From contig CAZUGQ010000003.1 in NCBI GenBank assembly GCA_964620125.1, positions 89,529 to 153,528 on the forward strand: DNA of 64,000 nt, written 5' to 3'. Each line of letters starts with the position of its first letter. Position 1 is the stretch's first letter. The notes beneath the pieces are model-generated. The model was not told where the DNA came from, searched no databases, and saw only the letters and a list, made by a program, of their open reading frames with translations. Shown here piece by piece: positions 39,786 to 47,893 of this stretch. The translations under genes and the position numbers were made by a program. Source of the stretch: an uncultured Hyphomicrobiales bacterium (GTDB lineage: Bacteria > Bacteroidota > Ignavibacteria > Kapaibacteriales > Kapaibacteriaceae).

Positions 39786-41675
39786 ATGCCATCAGGAAAG
39801 ACCACCGACCTCAGGTCTGCACAGATGGCCGCCACCCTGGCCACACTCACCATCTTGGCGGTCTGCGGACCACATGCGCTCGCACAGACCAACGATCAGG
39901 TTACGTGGGGTACGTTTCGCATTGAGCGCAACGCTGCTCCAGGTACATACATCACCTTTGAACCCCCGCTAACTTCTATTACGCCGTATACAATCCGGTG
40001 GGGAGCTACAGGACCAAGCAGCAACTATGTTTTTGTTGGAACTCTTGTTGCACCAGATAGCGTGGTATTGGAAGGTGAGTTGTCTTCACAATACATCTTG
40101 GAATTGGTATCGAGCGGGCAGCTCAATATCCGCCGGTCCTCGTTAGCACTAGCGCCTGGCAGTCCGCAGGCAACACCCGGGTATGTAGCACACGACTTTC
40201 AAGGTGCGCGTACAAGCAGCGACCAGACGGCAAGCGGAGACCGATCGGTCATCTTGGGAGGTGCATCCAACCGCGCGGATGGTTCGAAGGCCGCCGTTGG
40301 TGGTGGCCTTGGCAACCGAACGTCCAGCACCAATGATGTGATTGCTGGCGGTTCCGGCAACTACGTCTCGTCGAGCGACGGTGCAATTCTCGGTGGAGGA
40401 AACAACTACATCAACCAGAACGATGCCGTGATCATCGGTGGCTACGACAACAGTGCCAATGCTAATCGCGGTGTGTTGCTTGGTGGCACCGATAACAGCA
40501 TCACTGCTAATCAGGCGTTCATTGGCGGTGGTAGTAGTAATTCAAACAGCGGCGACAATGGAACACTTTTCGGCGGATACGACAACACAACATCTGGAAC
40601 ACATTGTGTTCTAATCGGTGGGTGGATGAACACCGTATCCTCTACCAACGAAGCCACACTCTTCGGTGGTCAGAACAACTCCATCAACGGTAATCACGTG
40701 TTTGTTGGAGGGGGCTTTACCAACACAGCAAACAGCGGTCAGTGCGTGATTTTTGGTGGGAGCAACATGAGCGTGGCCGGAAATCAATGCGTGGGCCTGG
40801 GCGGTCAGCAGAATCAGACGAACGGATCCCAGAACACGGTGCTGGGTGGCCAGACGCATACCTTCAGCAGTAGTGGGCAAATGTCAATCGGTGGTGGCAA
40901 TACAAATCAAACGCAAGCCAACTACACTACTGTGAATGGTGGCAGAACGAACACGGTGCAACAACAATACAGCACCATCATGGGTGGAAGAAACGGAACC
41001 CTCAACGCTCAGAACTCTCTCATGTTCAGTGGAGAAAGCTCATCTACGTTAACCGTGACAACAACGGCAACGGCAACGTTCACCAATGTTGATATCTGGT
41101 TGGCAAATAATGACGGCACTCCACGGCAGTTCCGGTTTTGGGAAAGCAGTGGATCGTCTGGGTCATACCCAGGTGCTACCACCAACTACGTTGCCATCGT
41201 TGCACCGTCGGCAACAAACTCCAACCTTGATAACAGCTACACGCTACCGGATAGAATACAGACAAGTGGATTACGAGCACTTGCCATTGCATCCAGTCCG
41301 GCACCAACATCCACATCAGCAACTCTCGAGTGGGTAACGGCACCAGTGTATACCGTAACCACAGTGAACGCCACTGGAGCAACCACAAACCTCTCAGCTG
41401 CCAATCTGAATGTTGACCAGCCAGTAAAGATTAACCCAAATAGCACACCAGCTAACAGGCGAGTAACCCTTGCTAACGGAACCACTGATGGTCGGGTGGT
41501 AACCATTTATGTATACAATGGCACGGCGGGCAACGGCATCCGAATTCAGGGAACTGACACCAACCTTGCTCTGCAAGGCGGTGCCAATGTAGACCTTGAT
41601 CAGAATGACTCCATTTCACTCATCTGGGACAACACATCCACGAAGTGGATCGAGATAGGGAGGTCGGTAAACTAA
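39786..41675 (+). CDS. secreted YadA-head-like (Hep_Hag-type Gly/Asn-rich beta-roll) repeat protein with conserved N- and C-terminal modules
   Basis: Signal peptide ...LAVCGPHALAQTNDQ. N-module VTWGTFRIERNAAPGTYITFEPPLTSITPYTIRWGATGP. About 18 repeats of the GG.SN.A.G..A.I.GG.NN type. C-module NRRVTLANGTTDGRVVTIYVYNGTAGNGIRIQGTDTNLALQGGANVDLDQNDSISLIWDNTSTKWIEIGRSVN. Confidence 0.75.
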   Translation: MPSGKTTDLRSAQMAATLATLTILAVCGPHALAQTNDQVTWGTFRIERNAAPGTYITFEPPLTSITPYTIRWGATGPSSNYVFVGTLVAPDSVVLEGELSSQYILELVSSGQLNIRRSSLALAPGSPQATPGYVAHDFQGARTSSDQTASGDRSVILGGASNRADGSKAAVGGGLGNRTSSTNDVIAGGSGNYVSSSDGAILGGGNNYINQNDAVIIGGYDNSANANRGVLLGGTDNSITANQAFIGGGSSNSNSGDNGTLFGGYDNTTSGTHCVLIGGWMNTVSSTNEATLFGGQNNSINGNHVFVGGGFTNTANSGQCVIFGGSNMSVAGNQCVGLGGQQNQTNGSQNTVLGGQTHTFSSSGQMSIGGGNTNQTQANYTTVNGGRTNTVQQQYSTIMGGRNGTLNAQNSLMFSGESSSTLTVTTTATATFTNVDIWLANNDGTPRQFRFWESSGSSGSYPGATTNYVAIVAPSATNSNLDNSYTLPDRIQTSGLRALAIASSPAPTSTSATLEWVTAPVYTVTTVNATGATTNLSAANLNVDQPVKINPNSTPANRRVTLANGTTDGRVVTIYVYNGTAGNGIRIQGTDTNLALQGGANVDLDQNDSISLIWDNTSTKWIEIGRSVN

Positions 41676-43531
41676 TGATGAACCCAACCAACACTCGCAT
41701 GATCGCGGTCTTCCCCGCGACTCTGATACTTCTTGCGTTCGGACGTACTCTTTCAGCGCAAACGAACGACGTTATCACCGTTCAAGAAATCCGCATTGAA
41801 CGCAATGCCCAGCCCGGCACATACATCACTCTCAGCCCGCCAACCACAGCGATCACGCCCTATACCATGATCTGGCCGCCAACACCACCATCTTCAAGCG
41901 GTCTTGCACTAGCCTCTACGGGAACGAGCAGTCCCTACCAACTGCAATGGGGAGTTGCGGCGGGATTGACGATTGAACTGGTAGAGAGCACGAACGGCAA
42001 CCTGCGGCGTATCGGTTCGCTGAATGAAGGGGGTATTGTTGGTACTCCTGGAGCATACTCCAACGACTTCTCCGGCAGCCGAGACAATTCTTCGATGACG
42101 GCGAGCGGCAACTATGCGCTGATTGGAGGTGGCGAAGACAATACGGCAAGTGGTAACTATAGTGTTGTACTTGGTGGTCAAGACAATACGGCTTCGGGTT
42201 TGAACAGCACCGTTGCTGGTGGTGCAAACAACGTTGCCAGTGGAACAGGAGCGGCCATCCTTGGTGGTACTACAAACTCAAGTGCCGGTGACTACGCCTC
42301 GATAGGCGGCGGTGGCAACAACAGCATCTCTGCCTCCGGTGACTATGGCTTCATTGGGGGGGGGACCAATAACGTTCTTTCTGGCATGGGTGGCTTTATT
42401 GGCGGAGGCGAAAACAATAATGCCAGTGGTTTGTACACGGTGATTGGCGGTGGTGCAAACAACGACGCCACCGATACCGCTGCCGTTGTTGGTGGAGGAA
42501 GCAACAATACTGCCAGTGGCCGACGCAGTGTTGTTGGAGGTGGTGATGGCAACACCGCCAGTGGAATACTCAGCTTTGTTGGTGCTGGAACGGGTAACCT
42601 TGCTAGTGGTCAGGGGGCTGCGGTAGGCGCCGGCACGAGCAATACGGCAAGTGGTCAGTACGCATTGGTTGGTGGGGGTGCTAGCAACACCGTTGGCCAG
42701 AACTATGGCGTTATTGGCGGAGGCCAAAGCAACACGGTAAACACCGGAACGCACAGTGCGGTTGTTGGTGGTGCTAGCAACAGCGTCACAGGTAGCTACA
42801 GCTTCATCGGGGGAGGGCAGAACAACAGCATTGCTAGCGACTATTCTGCTATCCCTGGTGGGCAAGGAATGACGTTAGCAAGTGGCTCAACTGGTTCCTT
42901 TGGTTGGAATGCTACGGGAACCAGCATGAGCATCTCCACGCCGAATGTGTTTGTAGTGGCCAATGCAGATATCTGGCTGGCAAACAACAACAGCAATCAA
43001 GGTGAGCTGAGACTGTTTGAAGCCAATAGCACCACAGGCAGCTTCCCGCCCGCCAATACCAACTACGTGTCTATCCAAGCCCCTTCCAGTACAAATGGCA
43101 ACCTGAACAACACCTACACCCTGCCCGACAGAGTTGGTAGTTCAGGGCAGGTTTTAACCATTGCATCAGGAGCCACAACGACTGCTGCAACCTTACAGTG
43201 GTCCAGTGTGATTAGCCAAAACGTGAACACGGTGAACGTAACTGCTGATGATCAAGCAATCACGGCTGCACAGATGGACGGCATAACGTATCTGCGGCTG
43301 AACTCCGACGGCACTGCCGGAAATCGTACGGTTACATTGGCCAACGGAGTAGTTGATGGCATACGTTTGGTGGTTCGGTGCGTGGCCACGGCAGGCAACG
43401 GAGTCGAGCTGGCAGACGCAGGAAACCTAGCTCTGAATGGAACAATGACGATGGGTAATCAGGATGCCATCGTGCTGATGTGGGACGCAACGAACACGCT
43501 ATGGGTAGAGCTCAGCAGGAGTGACAACTAA
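41675..43531 (+). CDS. paralog of the 39786 gene (YadA-head-like repeats, same N- and C-modules)
   Basis: ATG overlaps the previous TAA (TAATGATG). MMNPTNTRMIAVFPATLILLAFGRTLSAQTNDV. N-module ITVQEIRIERNAQPGTYITLSPPTTAITPYTMIWPPTPP. C-module NRTVTLANGVVDGIRLVVRCVATAGNGVELADAGNLALNGTMTMGNQDAIVLMWDATNTLWVELSRSDN. Confidence 0.75.
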   Translation: MMNPTNTRMIAVFPATLILLAFGRTLSAQTNDVITVQEIRIERNAQPGTYITLSPPTTAITPYTMIWPPTPPSSSGLALASTGTSSPYQLQWGVAAGLTIELVESTNGNLRRIGSLNEGGIVGTPGAYSNDFSGSRDNSSMTASGNYALIGGGEDNTASGNYSVVLGGQDNTASGLNSTVAGGANNVASGTGAAILGGTTNSSAGDYASIGGGGNNSISASGDYGFIGGGTNNVLSGMGGFIGGGENNNASGLYTVIGGGANNDATDTAAVVGGGSNNTASGRRSVVGGGDGNTASGILSFVGAGTGNLASGQGAAVGAGTSNTASGQYALVGGGASNTVGQNYGVIGGGQSNTVNTGTHSAVVGGASNSVTGSYSFIGGGQNNSIASDYSAIPGGQGMTLASGSTGSFGWNATGTSMSISTPNVFVVANADIWLANNNSNQGELRLFEANSTTGSFPPANTNYVSIQAPSSTNGNLNNTYTLPDRVGSSGQVLTIASGATTTAATLQWSSVISQNVNTVNVTADDQAITAAQMDGITYLRLNSDGTAGNRTVTLANGVVDGIRLVVRCVATAGNGVELADAGNLALNGTMTMGNQDAIVLMWDATNTLWVELSRSDN

Positions 43532-43610
43532 CATGGCAAACCGAGTATACATGTGTAACCGAACTCCAGCTAGTCCACCGACTCGTTCGAGAGAAGGCAC
43601 AGGAGTTCGG

Positions 43611-44006
43611 ATGCAGTTGCCTTTGGTCAGTGCAGTTGTTGTCACACTTGCATGGCTCGGGTGTGCTCTACCAGGCATGGCTCAGCAGCCGGTGCTCGTA
43701 AACATGGGAGCTACGATCACCGTTACCGGTGGGGGGCTTCTGTATGTGTCTGGTCCAACGGAAATACGCGCAGGCCGCATCGATGCAATGGACCTCTCAC
43801 AGGTGCGATTCAATGGTCCAATGGCGATTTACACAGGTGGTCTGTACCTGTTTAAAGATGCAACGGGACTCATCACAGGTGATTTGGACATCAAACTCGA
43901 TGGCGTATGCTGGCGGTATAAACCTGGAGTGCTAACCGTTGAAGGAACCATTTACAATGACGGAGAACTCAACAACGACGGAGAAATCGTCATCGGCAAA
44001 CCATAA
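43611..44006 (+). CDS. small secreted protein (about 131 aa) embedded in the fibre array
   Basis: ORF 43521 trimmed to MQLPLVSAVVVTLAWLGCALPGMAQQ (signal peptide). Gly-rich beta-type sequence; ends NDGELNNDGEIVIGKP. No recognisable family. Confidence 0.5.
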   Translation: MQLPLVSAVVVTLAWLGCALPGMAQQPVLVNMGATITVTGGGLLYVSGPTEIRAGRIDAMDLSQVRFNGPMAIYTGGLYLFKDATGLITGDLDIKLDGVCWRYKPGVLTVEGTIYNDGELNNDGEIVIGKP

Positions 44007-44053
44007 TCTGCACGTAGGGTTCTAGGTCGTAAATCTCCTGTGGGGTAAACATC

Positions 44054-45340
44054 ATGCGAACAATCAACACGCTCATTTGCTTCTGCCTATCCAGTGCCAT
44101 TCTTTCTGGTCAGGATGACTCGTACCAAACATTCAACGCAATACGATTGGAGAACAGCAGCAACCCAGGTGCTTTTGTCCAGCTCAATGCACCAACGGGC
44201 CTAACATCCTATAACCTTACTTTGCCCGCAACTGGTCCGTTAAACACCACACAACGTTGGGCCTTCTCTCTGAACGGTTCCAACAATGCCTTGAGTTGGT
44301 ATGCAACACCATTAGGCAACACCAATCAGATTGCTTACTTCACTGGTACCGAATCCATTGTTAGTGGTAGCAACCTGACGTGGAATCCTACAACCCAGCA
44401 GATGGGCGTGTCGGGTACGTTGAACAACACCCTGTTGAGCCTTACAAAGTCAGGTGCAATAACAGGCAACGATACTTTGCTCATGATTACAGCAACATCC
44501 ACTGGAAGTACGGCAATCTCTCAAACATTGCTTGAGCTTAATGCATCAAGTACGTTAACTGCAGGCACTCGGCGTGGTCTTCACATAGCTGTTACCGGTG
44601 CTACCAACAACTATGCAGCCATTTTTGAGTCAGGAAGGGTTGGTGTTGGTGTAGTTGCACCGAATACCACCTTCGATGTTAGTGGCACGACAGCAACTCG
44701 TGAGTTTAACTACACTGCCAATCTTAGTGCTACGAACAACAACGTGGATTTTACTGGTGATGGTAACACGTCTTCGTTCGTCCGGGTTGGCTCAACTACT
44801 TCGGGAACAGTCTCAATTACCGGATTTGCAGGTGGATCAAATGGGAAAGTGCTAACCGTTTACAACGCAACTGGGTACGGATTGCGCTTGGAGCATAACG
44901 ATGCGGGATCTACGGCTGCCAATAGAATAAAGGCTCCTAACAGTACGGACTTTGTAATAATTCCTGGCGCAGCGTACCAGCTTGTGTATTCCGAAACAGA
45001 TCAACGTTGGATAGTAGCCTTTTCAGGACCGGGCGAGATAACGACTCTCGGTAATGCCAACGTTACGGTGACAACAAGCTCTAGCTACCAGCTGCCTTCG
45101 TCAATGTCCTCCTACATTCAAGTTACCAGCAATTGCCCAGGAAACGACTGCTTTGCTACGTTCGAGGATGGCATTTCGCCGGGACAGATTCTGGTTGTTC
45201 AGAATCTTGGTCCCGATATACTGAAATTCTCAGGTTCAAACTTTGCACCGGACAACAGCACCAACCTTCAGGATGACGAGTCAATACCCTTTATCTGGAA
45301 TGGTACGAAGTGGGTGCAAATGGCGGAGGCATCAAACTAA
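44054..45340 (+). CDS. secreted fibre-array family protein with two copies of the C-terminal WVE-type module
   Basis: Signal peptide MRTINTLICFCLSSAILSGQ. N-module FNAIRLENSSNPGAFVQLNAPTGLTSYNLTLPATGP. Internal module GKVLTVYNATGYGLRLEHND...AAYQLVYSETDQRWIV. Terminal GQILVVQNLGPDILKF...DDESIPFIWNGTKWVQMAEASN. Confidence 0.7.
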   Translation: MRTINTLICFCLSSAILSGQDDSYQTFNAIRLENSSNPGAFVQLNAPTGLTSYNLTLPATGPLNTTQRWAFSLNGSNNALSWYATPLGNTNQIAYFTGTESIVSGSNLTWNPTTQQMGVSGTLNNTLLSLTKSGAITGNDTLLMITATSTGSTAISQTLLELNASSTLTAGTRRGLHIAVTGATNNYAAIFESGRVGVGVVAPNTTFDVSGTTATREFNYTANLSATNNNVDFTGDGNTSSFVRVGSTTSGTVSITGFAGGSNGKVLTVYNATGYGLRLEHNDAGSTAANRIKAPNSTDFVIIPGAAYQLVYSETDQRWIVAFSGPGEITTLGNANVTVTTSSSYQLPSSMSSYIQVTSNCPGNDCFATFEDGISPGQILVVQNLGPDILKFSGSNFAPDNSTNLQDDESIPFIWNGTKWVQMAEASN

Positions 45341-45599
45341 TGATGCCACAATGTTTTCTCAATAAGAGTTGCCGCTCGACTGTTTCCGTGATTCGTAGCA
45401 GGTTCGGCACCTTTGCTGTTGGAGAATCCATCCTAAAGGGTAGCCTACTTGATACAAGTAGCGAAAATTACGGCTGGAAAGCCAATAGGTGTACACTGGA
45501 TCGCGTGCACCCAGCGTACTGCCGGGCAACCACAACGCTGATGATCAACTTCCGAGGGGTTCACGTGGTACGTGATGAGGGAAGTGTGGTGATGGTCAA

Positions 45600-45687
45600 T
45601 ATGGGAATGTGGGAATGTGGGAATATGGGAATATGGGAATATGAGAATATGAGAATGTGGGAATGTGCAAATGTGGGAATGGTAGAA
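45600..45687. repeat. simple-sequence repeat: ~11 tandem copies of an 8-bp unit (TGTGGGAA/TATGGGAA/TATGAGAA) ending at the start codon of the next gene
   Basis: Direct reading of 45601-45695: ATGGGAA TGTGGGAA TGTGGGAA TATGGGAA TATGGGAA TATGAGAA TATGAGAA TGTGGGAA TGTGCAAA TGTGGGAA TGGTAGAA TGCAGACA. Several ATGs in different frames lie inside the repeat. Confidence 0.85.
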
Positions 45688-47807
45688 TGCAGACAATAGG
45701 AACCAATGTTCCGAGATGTCTGGGCAGGCGAGTGCGCCATATCGTATTTGCCTGTTTGTCCATGTCCTTTGCCATGTTCTCGCATGCCGCTGCTTACGCT
45801 CAGCATCTTGAGAACAGAGCCACGGGCACTGTTCGTAACTCCGGCACAATCCGGTTTCGCAGTGATTCGGGGAAGTATAAAAACGATGCTGCCTATACCA
45901 ACATCACTAATAACGTAATCCAGTTTGAAGGGTCAAACAACCAGTTCACGGACCTCTCCGGACAAATCGTGGGCACCACTGCTCTTGGACAGAATCCGGC
46001 ATGGCGTGTTCCTGGAATGGTTCGGTACAGCAATCCAACTAGCGCGATGCAGTACGTGCAAAAACGATACTACACCGACTTGGAGATGGCGGATAGCTCT
46101 TCAAAGTGGATACCAGACAGCGTTTTTGTAGGGGGCAGGTATACGATCTTCCTGTCCGGTCCGAGAACCTATAACGGAACCTTCTTCTATGATGGCTCAC
46201 AGCCACAAGACATCATGCAGGAGAAGGAGTTAAGTGGCACTACCAACCGTTACAACAACATAACGTTGCTTCATAGCCCCAAGAATGTGCGTTCAGGCTA
46301 CGAAGTACGTATGGATGGAATATTCCTCAATGATACGCTGAGCCCCTTGTATGTTGAAGGCGACTTTACATGGGGTTCAAACTCATATGTGAATGCACCG
46401 GTAACGGTCTGGGCTGGTGGCAAACAAACCACAGGATATGGTGTTACAGAGTTACGAGCTGACGTAGAAGTGCAGAATGGACTGTTCCTCGTAGCAGATG
46501 ATGCCGACACCGTGACCATCTTTCCAACGTACGAGTTGAGGCAGCAAGCTGATCCAGCCGCCCTTTTTGCCATGGGGCGCAACACACGCTTGTTAGTGTT
46601 GGGTGACTATCGCAATCTGTATGGTCCGCTCACGAATAGCACGTTTGATACCACGTCGCTCGTTGACTACGCCGGAGTACAGGATCCGCAGATAATGCAG
46701 GCAACTGCAGCTACACACCCGTATGGACATCTGCGCACTTCCAACTCCGTGAAGAATGCCAACGGAGATGTCCATGTGGCTTCTACGTTGAGTGTAAACG
46801 ATACGAATGTTGTTATGGTGCCTCACACGATGAGTCTCACTCTCGGTGCTGCTACCTACACGAATAACGCCGAAGTGATTGGTGCCTTCCGCCGAGTGTT
46901 GGCGGGTGCTACCACCACGAATGCATATACATTCAATAACAGCGAGACAACAGCACTGTTCGTTACCGTACCCAACCAGCTCACACTCGATGTACGGCCG
47001 CAAACACGCCCGAACGACTACGATCCTACTACCGACATCTTCCGAAAGATCACGGTAACACACGACGGTAATTGGAAGGCAACGATCAGAGTGGGGTATA
47101 AAGCCGAAGACATTCCAAACACCTGGGTGCCAAGCACGGCCGAACGCTTGCTCAAGATGTACAACGCCTACCCGCCACCTAATGAATACTCCATAAAGCT
47201 CACACCTACCGTGCCGCCAACGTACATCCGACGTCCACTTGCACAAAGCACGGGCATTGCTTTTATTGAGTTGTTCGGAATCGAAAATCAAGGTCCGGAC
47301 AATCTTCGACTTGATAATGGAAACGATCTGCTGCTACGTGCAAGCCGCGACACACTCAAGGCTGTTGCCTCCGGGCGGTGGAGTAACCCATTTACGTGGG
47401 ATGAAGCCCGTGAACCAGAACCTGAAGACAGAGTTGTGATTGACGGATTCACCGTTCACACTGGATACATACGTGCCAACGACAACTATGCTGTCCGTGA
47501 AGCGTGGCCGGACAGCATGGCTCTGCAGGTAACCATTGGCACATCACCAAACAGTGCCTTGCTGTTTGGTTATGAAAGCCCTGGAGTTTGGGACGCTTTC
47601 TCGCTGGTTCCTAACTCATCCGTAAATCTCATCACGCGCCGTATTGCTCCAGCGTTTGTTCAGGCGGACGTTCTTGACCAAACAGCGGCCGATATAGATG
47701 GTGGTCTGATTGTTTACCGCGGAAGCACGTTCCTGTCGCCGAATCTCATTCTCGCACCTAATGCTACCGTAAACAATGCCGGTACGCTTGTAGTGGGGGT
47801 GCCCTAA
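45687..47807 (+). CDS. large secreted protein of unknown function (paralog of the 47894 gene)
   Basis: MQTIGTNVPRCLGRRVRHIVFACLSMSFAMFSHAAAYAQ signal peptide. The upstream in-frame ATG at 45657 lies inside the SSR. N-terminal region GTVRNSGTIRFRSDSG...VIQFEGSNNQF aligns with GVIKNTGMIKIRGDAS...HIHFEGTSRKM of the next gene. Confidence 0.65.
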   Translation: MQTIGTNVPRCLGRRVRHIVFACLSMSFAMFSHAAAYAQHLENRATGTVRNSGTIRFRSDSGKYKNDAAYTNITNNVIQFEGSNNQFTDLSGQIVGTTALGQNPAWRVPGMVRYSNPTSAMQYVQKRYYTDLEMADSSSKWIPDSVFVGGRYTIFLSGPRTYNGTFFYDGSQPQDIMQEKELSGTTNRYNNITLLHSPKNVRSGYEVRMDGIFLNDTLSPLYVEGDFTWGSNSYVNAPVTVWAGGKQTTGYGVTELRADVEVQNGLFLVADDADTVTIFPTYELRQQADPAALFAMGRNTRLLVLGDYRNLYGPLTNSTFDTTSLVDYAGVQDPQIMQATAATHPYGHLRTSNSVKNANGDVHVASTLSVNDTNVVMVPHTMSLTLGAATYTNNAEVIGAFRRVLAGATTTNAYTFNNSETTALFVTVPNQLTLDVRPQTRPNDYDPTTDIFRKITVTHDGNWKATIRVGYKAEDIPNTWVPSTAERLLKMYNAYPPPNEYSIKLTPTVPPTYIRRPLAQSTGIAFIELFGIENQGPDNLRLDNGNDLLLRASRDTLKAVASGRWSNPFTWDEAREPEPEDRVVIDGFTVHTGYIRANDNYAVREAWPDSMALQVTIGTSPNSALLFGYESPGVWDAFSLVPNSSVNLITRRIAPAFVQADVLDQTAADIDGGLIVYRGSTFLSPNLILAPNATVNNAGTLVVGVP

Positions 47808-47893
47808 TGGTGTGGGTAGATCACATCTTAGCTCGATGTGCATCGTTCTTGGCACGTATTCCTTTACCGTTGCCACCAGGTAGCACATGGGCA

